Source of the DNA: an uncultured archaeon
GTDB taxonomy: Archaea > Asgardarchaeota > Lokiarchaeia > Sigyniarchaeales > SOKP01
Assembly (NCBI GenBank): GCA_964388035.1
Contig: CAYLZE010000010.1
Coordinates: 1 to 64,000, forward strand
Length of the DNA stretch: 64,000 bases
Direction of reading: 5' to 3'
A program made the position numbers and the translations under genes. The notes beneath the pieces were generated by a model that was not told the DNA's origin, did no database searches, and saw nothing but the letters and a program-made list of their open reading frames with translations. This document shows positions 1-9,739 of this stretch, piece after piece (position 1 is the first letter of the stretch; every line of letters starts with the position of its first letter).

Positions 1-241
1 TTTTACACACAAAAAATAGTGAAACGTACTTTTTCTAATTTTATTGAATTTTTTGCCTAATCTTCCTAAATACAATTTGCTTGTCTCAAGAGCTCGCATC
101 TATCCCCTTCAAAAAGAAATTCTAACATGGATAAGTTAAAATGTAATTATGAGTTGTACTCTTGTAAAAAGTTATAACGTTAGAAATAGCAATAATAAAA
201 TTGATTTAATAAAAAAAGGAAAAGAACATTAATGCGATTAA

Positions 242-1132
242 TTAATCAATAGAAAAGGAAAGATTTTGCAAGATTTCCTTGTATCGGGACCTCAGAGTGA
301 CCTCTGTCACGCCTATAATCTGTGAGATCTCCTTTTGGGAGACTTTTCTGTTATTTAACTTGGAAACTAAATAAATTGTTCCCGCACATAAGCCTTTTGG
401 GTCCTTTCCGCTAATGGCGCAACGTTTTATAAAATTCTTCAAGATTTTAATGGCTTCTTTTTCTATGCTTATATCCAATTTTAAGTCAGCACAATATCGT
501 GGAATGAGAGATACAGGGTCAATATGAGTGGATTTGAGTTTTAATTCGCTTACCAAGATCTTATAACACCTCTTAACAATATTCTCAGAGATACTTGACT
601 CATCTAAAATCTCCTGTAAAGTAATGGGTACCCTAGAATTTTTACACACGTAATACGCACAAGCGGCCACCATTCCATTGATCGATCTTCCACGCAACAA
701 ATTTTTTTTGAATACTTCTTTATATAATCGCACGGCGGCTTTTTTTACGTGCTCCGGTAGACCAAGGTTCCCACCAATTCGTTTTAATTCTGTAATTGCA
801 ATCAACATGTTTCTCTTTTCCCAAGTTAGATGAGTATTCCACTTAGCTGCTCGCCTTAAGTCGGGATTTTTAATATTCGATCTGTCTATAATGGTGCTTA
901 ATCCAATATCTGGCATTAGAATGGAAATGGGACATCCATTGCGCTCTTTTTTCTCTTTATCATACTTTGTATAAGCTCTAATACCACTGTGGTAAATATC
1001 CACTTCTCGCTCGGTAATTACTAAGCCACATTGCTTACAGACCGTTTCTCCCCTTTCAGGAATTGTCATTGTATGACCATAACATTCGGGACAACGCGAT
1101 GTTATGGACTCGACTTCAATTTCAACGACCAT
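242..1132 (-). CDS. tfb: Transcription initiation factor IIB (TFB)
   Basis: N-terminal Zn ribbon CPEC...CKQCG, two cyclin repeats (LLRGRSI, GKDPKGLCA), C-terminal HTH VTEVTLRSRYKEI. Confidence 0.95.
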   Translation of the reverse strand: MVVEIEVESITSRCPECYGHTMTIPERGETVCKQCGLVITEREVDIYHSGIRAYTKYDKEKKERNGCPISILMPDIGLSTIIDRSNIKNPDLRRAAKWNTHLTWEKRNMLIAITELKRIGGNLGLPEHVKKAAVRLYKEVFKKNLLRGRSINGMVAACAYYVCKNSRVPITLQEILDESSISENIVKRCYKILVSELKLKSTHIDPVSLIPRYCADLKLDISIEKEAIKILKNFIKRCAISGKDPKGLCAGTIYLVSKLNNRKVSQKEISQIIGVTEVTLRSRYKEILQNLSFSID

Positions 1133-1890
1133 TTTTGCATACCCCTGTTAAAAAAGGTTTTTTTTTACCTCAAAAAAATATTTTTTATAATCAATTCTTT
1201 TTTTTACACAATTTTAGATATAATATAAATGATCAAATTATCCTATTTAAATCTTTTTGTTATAAAAAAGGTTTGTGATTTTCCTTTTTGTACCAAAACA
1301 AATAGGAAAAAGTGTCAAAATTAGTACACTCACATGCATATTTTGAAATTATTTAAAGTAATTAAGTAAAAACTGAATCTCCTCTTATTTAACAATCTAT
1401 AAAAATGGGATGAATCTATAAAAAATAAGTTAAATTGCTTGCCAATAACCCAATATACATCAAATCTTCATTATATAATATAAAACTCGCTAAAATTACT
1501 GAATATTATTAACATAGATCCTAAAATTTCAATAAATCAAGATGAGTCTTTTTGTTAACAATTTCCCAAAAAAATGAGTTCAAATATTTGAATACAAATA
1601 ATCAAATTAGTTACTATTCTATAATCATCCAATGTCTCTTATAGTGTTATCTCTTGAAATCAATCCTAAAAAAGGGATATTGACAACTATCTCGAATTAA
1701 TAGCAATCATAGCTTTTCTATAACCTAACTTTTTTAAAAATTCTAATTTTGCTCGATTTAGACCTAATGAAATTGGTATTAATTCAATGCTGAAAGCTTT
1801 ATAAGGAGATGATTGAAGATGCTAAAGAGAAAATATGAATACTTTTAAAATGGACTCTTATATAATTTTACTATTTTTTTCTAAAAATTT

Positions 1891-2250
1891 AGGAGGGGCT
1901 CATTCAGCTGTTCGTTATTTCATAATGGGGAATCTCTACACTCTATATACTGATTTGAATGTGCTATTGACAGGAACCTCCACGAAAAACGACGGGACTG
2001 AACTTTATAGATTACTCGGACCGGATGCCAAGATGATTTGAGAAATGAAATCAGATTTCTTCATCGAGACGGATGCTCTCGACCATCCCATTAATGTTCA
2101 CGGATATTAACCTTCAAACCATTAATTCATAGTTCTCGATAAAGATTTGGGTCCTATTTCCAATCTGCTTTACCGTCAATACCTCGCATCCGTGCTAGTC
2201 CTGGACGGGAAACTGCTGGCTTACTTCTTTTCCTTCGCTCATCTTGCCCT
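1891..2250. ncRNA. Candidate structured non-coding RNA (~360 nt), identity unknown
   Basis: More GC-rich than its flanks; no long ORF; complementary ends (ggggc/gccct); several hairpins and a long-range helix; partial RNase P-like 5' motif. Confidence 0.4.
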
Positions 2251-2579
2251 TAAAAAAATTTGGTGTCTATATATGATTTATTTTAAATTGGTATTTTATA
2301 CTTTAGGGCATCCCGCGCTTTTTAGTTTCTTACTTAAAAGTGTTTAACTTTTTAAAATTTTCTTGCACTTGTTTTAAAGTAAGTAGAGGAAAAATTACTA
2401 CTGCAGTAACTTCGCTTGATGACTCTCTTGGAAAAAAAGACGGGAAAAAAAAGTAAAATGAGATAAAAGATGATAACAAAAAGTTAATAAAGATAAAAAA
2501 CAATATTATGTGATAAAGAATCGTTTTCCGTCACTAATTTTATCGTACATTTTATGGTTTCTGTAAAAAAAATATAAAA

Positions 2580-3542
2580 GTGAAACAAAAGATGAAAGAA
2601 TCTTCTGAACCTGAAAATGAGGAAGAATTAGAAGATGACGAGGAATATTATTATGCTGATGGCGAGAGAATTGAGAAGACGGATGAAATGAAAAGCTATG
2701 AAAAAGAGACGGGAAAATATGCTGTGTGGCGGGGAAGTATCACTGAGGGATTCCTAAAATGGAAGAAAGGTGAAAAGGTGTATGATCGGGACAAGGAGCG
2801 CATCAGCCTGTATGTCTCGGAGGACACGAAAAATGAATGGACTGAATTCGTTAAAAAGCAAAATTATTCAACGGTTTCTAAGCTAATACGCGAAGCGGTG
2901 AATAGTTTTATTGATCAAAAAACGCGAATCATAAGTGGAAACAAATTCCACCTTGATCAAGATTCACTGACTAATATCTCACATGCCTTGAAAGAACCAC
3001 TAACGTCCATTAAAGGATGGAGCCAATTCCTTTTAGAATCAGAGAGTAAGAACCTAAATGATGAAATCCGCCAAACGATTAAGAATATATTTGATTCTTC
3101 AATCATGCTGGAGCAGAAAATCGTCAATATCTTGGATAAAATTAGCAACACGGAAACCAGCGGTTCCGAAATATTACTCATCGAAGATGATCTAAGCACC
3201 ATCAGGTTATTAACTAGTTATTTCGAAAGTAAGGGGCATACCTGTAAGGGGGTAATTAGTGGAACAAAAGCTATTGAAGAATTAAAAGCTAACCGCCCGA
3301 GAATAATATTATTAGATATTATCCTGCCGGACGTGAATGGTTATGATCTGTCCAAAATGATTAAGAGTGATAAGGAACTACAAAATATTCCCATCTATTT
3401 GCTTACTGCCATTCCTGGCTCCGAAGTGGAAAAAAATATAAAGGACTGCGAGGCGGATGGATTTATTCTAAAACCCTTCGATTTTTCCGATTTTGAAGGA
3501 ATAATTAATTTTCTGGAAAATAAAGGAAAATCACCTCTTTAA
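2580..3542 (+). CDS. Hybrid regulator: ribbon-helix-helix + HisKA(DHp)-like + receiver domain
   Basis: ERISLYVS...SKLIREAV (RHH pattern); SHALKEPLTSIKG (H-box); LLIEDD...LLDIILP...LLTA...KPF (REC); no HATPase motifs. Confidence 0.8.
   Translation: MKQKMKESSEPENEEELEDDEEYYYADGERIEKTDEMKSYEKETGKYAVWRGSITEGFLKWKKGEKVYDRDKERISLYVSEDTKNEWTEFVKKQNYSTVSKLIREAVNSFIDQKTRIISGNKFHLDQDSLTNISHALKEPLTSIKGWSQFLLESESKNLNDEIRQTIKNIFDSSIMLEQKIVNILDKISNTETSGSEILLIEDDLSTIRLLTSYFESKGHTCKGVISGTKAIEELKANRPRIILLDIILPDVNGYDLSKMIKSDKELQNIPIYLLTAIPGSEVEKNIKDCEADGFILKPFDFSDFEGIINFLENKGKSPL
2781..2834 (+). repeat. 54-bp perfect inverted repeat, copy 1 (partner 4462-4515)
   Basis: tatgatcgggacaaggagcgcatcagcctgtatgtctcggaggacacgaaaaat is the exact reverse complement of 4462-4515. 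Confidence 0.9.
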
Positions 3543-3762
3543 TTTCTCAGATTTTAGCATAATTTTGGAAATATTAGAAGAAGACTAAGAATTAATAGTA
3601 AATGAATACCTTTATTAAACTCAAGGCAATTCTTTCAGAGATTTCCTTGAAATTTAGTATTTTGATATCCTCTCTTCATTTTTGAAAATCAAGACAACCA
3701 TTATCGATTAAGATCTCATTAATGAGAAATCGATGATTTTGGTTAAAATCGCATCTTATAGG

Positions 3763-4773
3763 TCATGCTTTATCTTGCTCTAATATTTCTAAAATTGAAT
3801 TAAAATCCGAGAAATTGAATGGCTTTAAGATATATCCATCTGCTCCCGTTTCAGCAAGGTTTTTTTCCACTTCACTGCCTGCAATGGCAGTTAAAAAGTA
3901 TATAGGAATGGATTTATATTCATTATCCGACTTGATGGTCCTGCAAATGTCATAACCGCTTAAGTCCGGCAGGATAATATCCAAGAGAACCACTTTAGGC
4001 CTATTATGCTTGAGTTCCTCTATTGCTTTTGAGCCCGATACCACTCCTTTCATGCTGATCCCCTTGCTTTCGAAATAACTACTTAACAAGCGCACGGTAG
4101 CTAAATCATCTTCCACTAACAATAAATCATAGCTTTTATTAGACATTTTAATATTATCAAGAAAACTTATTATCTTATTCTCAAGGAGAATACTCTGTTC
4201 GAAAATGTTACGCACCGTAGTGAGTACATCATTATCAAGTTCGTCCGTGTAATTCTCCAGTAATAATTGCGAATAGCCTTTAATCGACGTCAGGGGCTGT
4301 TTAAGCGCGTGGGAGATATTGGGAATCTTTTGGGAGCCAATCGCAAAAATCTCCGAGCTTTCCTTTAACGCCTTATCCGCTTCGATGAATGCTTTGACAC
4401 TCTCACGGATTAATTTTGATATCGTGGTATAGTTGCTCTTGTTAATGAATTCGAGCCATTTATTTTTCGTGTCCTCCGAGACATACAGGCTGATGCGCTC
4501 CTTGTCCCGATCATAGACCTTTTCTCCTTTTAGCCATTTTTTAAATCCTTCCGTGATCACCCCCCTCCAAATCGCATATTTACCCGTTTCTTGTTCATAC
4601 TGAACCATTTCTTTTGATTTCTTTTTATTCTCCCTATAATTTCTTAAAATATCCTCTTCATCAAAATCTATATTATCAGAATACTCTTTTTCGTCAAAAT
4701 TATCCTCATTCATATCGGTTTCTTCTTTTTTGCTCATAAAGGTATCCTTTAAGGAGGGGATTCTTTTTTCCAT
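3763..4773 (-). CDS. Hybrid regulator RHH + DHp + REC, paralog of 2580..3542
   Basis: Same motifs (ETGKYAIWRG, ERISLYVSEDTK, SHALKQPLTSIKG, LLDIILP, KPF). Confidence 0.8.
   Translation of the reverse strand: MEKRIPSLKDTFMSKKEETDMNEDNFDEKEYSDNIDFDEEDILRNYRENKKKSKEMVQYEQETGKYAIWRGVITEGFKKWLKGEKVYDRDKERISLYVSEDTKNKWLEFINKSNYTTISKLIRESVKAFIEADKALKESSEIFAIGSQKIPNISHALKQPLTSIKGYSQLLLENYTDELDNDVLTTVRNIFEQSILLENKIISFLDNIKMSNKSYDLLLVEDDLATVRLLSSYFESKGISMKGVVSGSKAIEELKHNRPKVVLLDIILPDLSGYDICRTIKSDNEYKSIPIYFLTAIAGSEVEKNLAETGADGYILKPFNFSDFNSILEILEQDKA
4462..4515 (-). repeat. 54-bp perfect inverted repeat, copy 2
   Basis: Exact reverse complement of 2781-2834. Confidence 0.9.
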
Positions 4774-5156
4774 CTGTATATAAAACTATTTAACCGAATT
4801 TTACAAGTTTTATTCCAAAAAAAATATAATTGAAGTTTTATTTAAATCTATTTTAATCCAAAAGTGTTTCTAAAAAAATGTGACAATTCAGATTTTTGAT
4901 TTAAAAAGAAATTCTCTCCCTTTTATACTCAGTTCCACCCTTTTACCACCAGATAAAAAAGTGAAGTTGTGATCTCAATTATTTCTATGATAATCTGCTG
5001 TGATCTAATCCAAAAATATAGAGGAGATAATTCGGAAAACTATTATGAGATGAAATCCCGCAAGTACTCAAGGAATTCCAATCCTGAAAAATACCTTTTC
5101 CTCAAAAAAAAATTAGTACACGGAATAATATTTTATAATGATTTGATAGAAAGAAG

Positions 5157-5276
5157 CGGGCTATAGGGGATACTCGAAAAAGGGCAATCTTCCCTCTCTT
5201 TTCGAACCCCTGACCGTCAGGTTTCTCTTACGAAAGATTAAGAGCCTGCTGCGCTACCTGCCTGCGCCAATAGCCC
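5157..5276 (-). tRNA. tRNA-Lys(CTT) with two introns: 37/38 (5223-5238, 16 nt) and T-loop 59/60 (5171-5200, 30 nt)
   Basis: Acceptor GGGCTAT/ATAGCCC, D arm GCGC/GCGC, anticodon CT-CTT-A, T stem AGGGG/CCCCT; BHB-like pairing at both insertions. Confidence 0.9.
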
Positions 5277-5499
5277 AAAACGCGCTAAAAACCACTCTTT
5301 TTGGCTTTATCGAGTCAGAATTCTCACGATTTAATTTTCAAAACATGAAAAATTTCTTTCTCTTTCGAGTCAAAAATTATTGTAATTTAATGTTTAAAAC
5401 TTAAAAAATTTAGCGATCTGTTGCTCTTTACCTCCAACATTTCAAGAAATGGAAAATACACCATTGCAAAAAGAACTAAGCAACAAAAATCTAGAAAAG

Positions 5500-5606
5500 C
5501 GCAGATGGAGGGATTTGAACCCCCGAGCGCTCACGCGCACCGGTTTTCTCTGCTCAATGAGCACGTGCACTCAAGACCGGCGTCTTACCAGCTAGGCTAC
5601 ATCTGC
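5500..5606 (-). tRNA. tRNA-Ser(TGA) with canonical 37/38 intron (5546-5569, 24 nt)
   Basis: Acceptor GCAGATG/CATCTGC, stem CCGGT/ACCGG, long variable arm, TTCAAAT loop, discriminator G. Confidence 0.9.
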
Positions 5607-5830
5607 AAGGGATAAAAAGTGAAAAAGTGCTCTGTAGAATAAGAGTTAAAAATCCACGGGGGTATATTATTTTTACGATTTCTCATGAGGTATTGGAGGT
5701 ATTGAGGAGCATGACAAGACTTTTAACGAAGAATTCCTTGAATATGCGAATACCGCATTTCACTTAAACGATGGAATAAAAAAATATAAATTTTATTGCT
5801 CATTTACTTTCTTACTAGAGGTATATTGAA

Positions 5831-6313
5831 ATGAGTAGTGCGAAAGATTTTCGATACTTGATCCCGGAAAAGGTGTTTCACGACTTAACGGATAAAGCTG
5901 CAGAGGAGATCCCTTTTATCCTCCATTTCTGGATTTTTGCTGAAAGAAAAGAAAATTTTGGGATAGTAAATAGTTTCATGATTAACTCCGACCTCAAGAA
6001 AACCAAAACCCATCAAAAACCAAGAAGTTGGATGCGATATAAGAAATCTAAGATTTATAACATGAGAAAGTTCAAGCAAGAGCTAAACGTCGACATCGTT
6101 TGGCAGGCGCATTCCCATCCCTCAGGGAATGAGAAATTACATAACATCGATAAGCGCATCCTGAAGTATTTATCCAACGGGGTAATGTTAATCGTGATCC
6201 CTCCCATTCCCGAAAAAAATCAAGAACCCCACCTAGTAGGGTGGTATTATGATAAGCGATATACCAAGAAACCCATCATCGAGAAAATGGTCTTTGAAAT
6301 CATCTCGGAATAA
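5831..6313 (+). CDS. JAB/MPN (JAMM)-like metalloprotein
   Basis: Upstream Glu (EEIP) and HSHP-x9-D motif. Confidence 0.7.
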   Translation: MSSAKDFRYLIPEKVFHDLTDKAAEEIPFILHFWIFAERKENFGIVNSFMINSDLKKTKTHQKPRSWMRYKKSKIYNMRKFKQELNVDIVWQAHSHPSGNEKLHNIDKRILKYLSNGVMLIVIPPIPEKNQEPHLVGWYYDKRYTKKPIIEKMVFEIISE

Positions 6314-6452
6314 ACCCCCAACTTCTTATCATCGAGTTCTCTTCCTTTTTTTCTCTAAGGTTTATATCAAAAAGTATTAAAATTTTGAATCGTTATTTTC
6401 AAATTATACTGGTTGGAAAAATAATATAACCAATATAACCCGTATAACTCTT

Positions 6453-6566
6453 GCAAGCGTCGCTTAGCCTGGTAGAGCGCTGGATTGCTAATCCAGTGTC
6501 CACATGGATCCGTGGGTTCGAAAAGATCGTCTCTCCTCGAAGGTCTCTGAATTCCCACCGCTTGCG
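6453..6566 (+). tRNA. tRNA-Ser(GCT) with non-canonical T-loop intron (~6523-6552, 30 nt)
   Basis: Acceptor GCAAGCG/CGCTTGC, CTGGA-TT-GCT-AA-TCCAG, long variable arm, GTGGG-TTCGAA[insert]T-CCCAC. Confidence 0.88.
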
Positions 6567-6572
6567 CTTAAG

Positions 6573-6647
6573 GGGCTGGTGGTTTAGCTTGGCTATAACG
6601 TCGCGTTTACACCGCGAAGGTCGGGAGTTCGAATCTCCCCCGGCCCA
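6573..6647 (+). tRNA. tRNA-Val(TAC), intronless
   Basis: GGGCTGG/CCGGCCC, TCGCG-TT-TAC-AC-CGCGA, GGGAG-TTCGAAT-CTCCC; 6 nt after tRNA-Ser; followed by a T-tract. Confidence 0.95.
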
Positions 6648-6674
6648 CTCTTTTTTTAAATTATGATTTTTAAA

Positions 6675-7460
6675 TTACGGAAATAAGGAAACGATATTCT
6701 GGGGTCTTAGAGCACCGAGCTTGCATCCTTCCAAGCCCTTTCCTATTTCTTTTATGATTCCCGGAGCATTGGTTCCCTCTTTTAATAGGATATAATGCTC
6801 TAAAAAGGAGTATTCTTCGAGGGCAAGGACATCCCTCGCATGGTCAGTGCGTGTTAGGGTTAAATCCAGTTGATCGGATGTTGCTCCACATGCGATGATT
6901 CCCTCGATATTGTCATTTAAAATTTTACGAAATAGTGCGAGAGTCGGTTCCGCCAATATCCCTTGAAGTTCATTTTTTTCTAGGTTTTTCTTCTTGATCA
7001 TTATCTGTACGGGATAGTGATCCATGAATTCAAACGCTCGAATCAATGTCCGGAGCGATACTTTTTTCCCATTGCTCAATTGGTCCCGGAGAGAATTCAA
7101 GCTAAGAAACACGTCCGTTATGGGCTGGAAAATGCCACAATCCACGAAGATTCCAAATCCTACTTTTCCTACCTCGGTCATGGTTCCCTTAAGAAGCGCT
7201 CCTTCCTTTATATCCTCAAACTCATGAATGGTGCCCCGTTCTTTTTTTAAGAGGTTATAAACAAACTGTTCTTCTGGCCCTTGGATTTCCAGTTCAAAGC
7301 GCTGATCAAATGTTCTTAATTTTTTTACCTTGATCACGGTATTTTCGAATCCTTGGACGTATTTTTCGAGATGCTCCAAGTATTGTCCCGTAATCCGTTT
7401 TTTTTTTTCTTCCGTATTGACATTATAGACTTTATCAAATAAGACGAGCTTCATTGTCAT
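6675..7460 (-). CDS. DUF2110-like archaeal protein (OB/S1-like core)
   Basis: GKVGFGIFVDCG and GTNAPGII motifs typical of this archaeal family. Confidence 0.7.
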   Translation of the reverse strand: MTMKLVLFDKVYNVNTEEKKKRITGQYLEHLEKYVQGFENTVIKVKKLRTFDQRFELEIQGPEEQFVYNLLKKERGTIHEFEDIKEGALLKGTMTEVGKVGFGIFVDCGIFQPITDVFLSLNSLRDQLSNGKKVSLRTLIRAFEFMDHYPVQIMIKKKNLEKNELQGILAEPTLALFRKILNDNIEGIIACGATSDQLDLTLTRTDHARDVLALEEYSFLEHYILLKEGTNAPGIIKEIGKGLEGCKLGALRPQNIVSLFP

Positions 7461-7703
7461 GTTTTTTACCGTGTTTAAATTAACTGTTAATCATGCACTA
7501 AGGTATTTAATGTGCTTTTCTATTAGAATTCAATTATTATGTTTTCGATTTTTACAATAAATTTGTGTATCTGAACCATATAATCTATAATGCTCTAAAA
7601 AGAAAGAGGAAGCTTGAGAAAAAATAGAAACATTCTCGATACATTTTTAAATAAAGGATCGGATATTCTCCTTGTTCTAATGGCTTGCTTGGGTTACAAC
7701 GAT

Positions 7704-9440
7704 TCAAGGGATTTCGGGAAATAAGAGGATAAATTTGCTCCCTTGGGTATAATCGCCTTGAACTTTATCTTCCACCCAGACTTGTCCGTTATAACTTTCC
7801 ACAATTTTTCTCACCAAGGATAAGCCTAATCCCATTCCCTTGGTATCTTTTTTATTAATCGTTTCTCTTTGAAAAATAACTTCTTTCATAGTGTCCGTTA
7901 TACCTCGAGCATTATCAACGAATTTCAATTTCAAATATCCTTGCCCTTCATTATTAATTTTTGAGACCGTGATAGAGATGATAACTTTTCGGTTTAGGTT
8001 ATGGCTCACGGCATTCAAAAGTAAATTTTCAAACACGAGTTGGATTAAATTATTTGCTAAAATGGTTATATTATCAAACGGATTGTTAACTTCTATATTT
8101 ACTTTTTTTTCACGAGAAATACTTGAAAAGTGAGAGCAAATTCTTTTTAACAACGATCCGATTTCGATTGGTTTCAAAGGAATTTGAGAATCTTCCAGCT
8201 CTGTAATGATTTGGATATTATTAATCAAATTGGCGGCCCGCATTATTTGTTTCGGGATCATTTCTAATATTTCCTGGACTTCCCTATTTTTTTCTCCATT
8301 CTTTAAATGAAGGAGAGCGACATCAATTGCTATGGAAATCACTTGGAGAATGTTATTTATGTCATGATTAAGAAGATCCTTATAGAATTCCACGCGATTG
8401 TAAGCTTCCCGATATTTTTTTTCGGACTCTATCAATTCATTCTTAGCATTCATCTCATCTGTAATATCTTCAAAGACCGTGACAAACCGATTTTTATCAA
8501 GAGGATAGACAGAGATCTTGAGGGTGGTATTCATGGATTCGAAAAAGGTTTCAAAAGAAATGGCTATTCCCGTTTGGGCTACTTTCGCATAAACATCCAA
8601 ATAAGGAGCTTCTTCGACATTATATGCCTCCGTGGCAGTCTTATCAATCACATCTGTTTTCTTTAAGGGTAAGATCTTTTCGAACCTCTCATTTACATCA
8701 TCAATTCTATAATTTATCGGTTGATGTTGATCATTATAAATCAAAGTATGAATTGCAATTCCGCTCAAACTATTTTCATATAATAATCGATATTTTTCTT
8801 CCGATTGCTTCAATTTAACTTGGGTTTGTTTTATTTGATCGATAGATTCAAATAATTCTTGCTCAAAATAAGCAATTATAGCACTTATTAGTAAAATAGT
8901 CACGTATATAATATTGAACACGTAACTAATTTCCCAAGTGCCTTCTATTCCAAATTGGCTCAATAATGTGAAAAGAACGGTACTGAACCCCATGCTCGTT
9001 GTTAAGCATATACTCAAATATAAAAACGATTTTTTTAATAAAAACAAGTGTAAATAAATAATTAAAATTGTCATGGTAATAATCATTATAATGCTAAGAA
9101 GGGAGAATAAAACTTGGGACGAGGGTAGTAATATAAATGACAAAAATGAGAGAAATTTCAGATTTTTTTTATTTTTTAACTCTTGACGTACATGATTTTC
9201 CTCAATGATCCCAGCTAGCAACATTACAACGATCCCCGCTAAATAGAAAACATTCCCCAAGATTCGAAAGAAAGGATCTATAAACCGTAAAAAATAAAAA
9301 AATGCACCTATCGTTAAGAATCCCGTTACTATTGCAAGTGCGGCGATCTTTTTTCTCTTCGTGCTGACTTTAATTAAAATAATATTAGCTATCAATGTAA
9401 TTAGCGCAATGATAAAATCAAGATAGTTCTCTTCAAGCAT
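7704..9440 (-). CDS. Membrane sensor histidine kinase with PAS domain
   Basis: Multiple N-terminal TM helices, PAS (FVTVFEDIT), H-box NHDINNILQ, N-box NLLLNA, GMGLGL. Confidence 0.9.
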   Translation of the reverse strand: MLEENYLDFIIALITLIANIILIKVSTKRKKIAALAIVTGFLTIGAFFYFLRFIDPFFRILGNVFYLAGIVVMLLAGIIEENHVRQELKNKKNLKFLSFLSFILLPSSQVLFSLLSIIMIITMTILIIYLHLFLLKKSFLYLSICLTTSMGFSTVLFTLLSQFGIEGTWEISYVFNIIYVTILLISAIIAYFEQELFESIDQIKQTQVKLKQSEEKYRLLYENSLSGIAIHTLIYNDQHQPINYRIDDVNERFEKILPLKKTDVIDKTATEAYNVEEAPYLDVYAKVAQTGIAISFETFFESMNTTLKISVYPLDKNRFVTVFEDITDEMNAKNELIESEKKYREAYNRVEFYKDLLNHDINNILQVISIAIDVALLHLKNGEKNREVQEILEMIPKQIMRAANLINNIQIITELEDSQIPLKPIEIGSLLKRICSHFSSISREKKVNIEVNNPFDNITILANNLIQLVFENLLLNAVSHNLNRKVIISITVSKINNEGQGYLKLKFVDNARGITDTMKEVIFQRETINKKDTKGMGLGLSLVRKIVESYNGQVWVEDKVQGDYTQGSKFILLFPEIP

Positions 9441-9739
9441 TTTTTATCCTTCTAATAAATTAGTCTTTTTTTCGTCTAATAAAAGGTAAAAGAATTTGGC
9501 AATAAAGGTATGCAATTCAATAATTAATCTTGGAAATTTAGAACAAGGAACCAATATTTAATAGTTTGTAGAAGAAAACAGTGATTTAAAGAAGAAAACA
9601 GGACGAAAATAGCAAATGTCTCTTAATTCCATGCTTAAAAAAAATTTATTTCAATTTATTTTTGAACATGAAACATTTAAGTTAATTGATTTTTATTATT
9701 TAATTTAAATAATTTTACAATTACAGGATTATTGGACCA

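Noticed and set aside
1891-2250. tmRNA, SRP RNA or tRNA-Sec identity
   Set aside because: GGGGCT start and length recall tmRNA, but there is no T-arm/CCA end, no SRP helix-8 motif and no cloverleaf
5500-5606. tRNA-Sec
   Set aside because: Anticodon is TGA (Ser), not TCA, with a normal 7-bp acceptor stem
5640-5810. Possible methyltransferase remnant (RVKNPRGYIIFTISHEVLE) with tandem gaggtattg
   Set aside because: Too short and degenerate to support without a search
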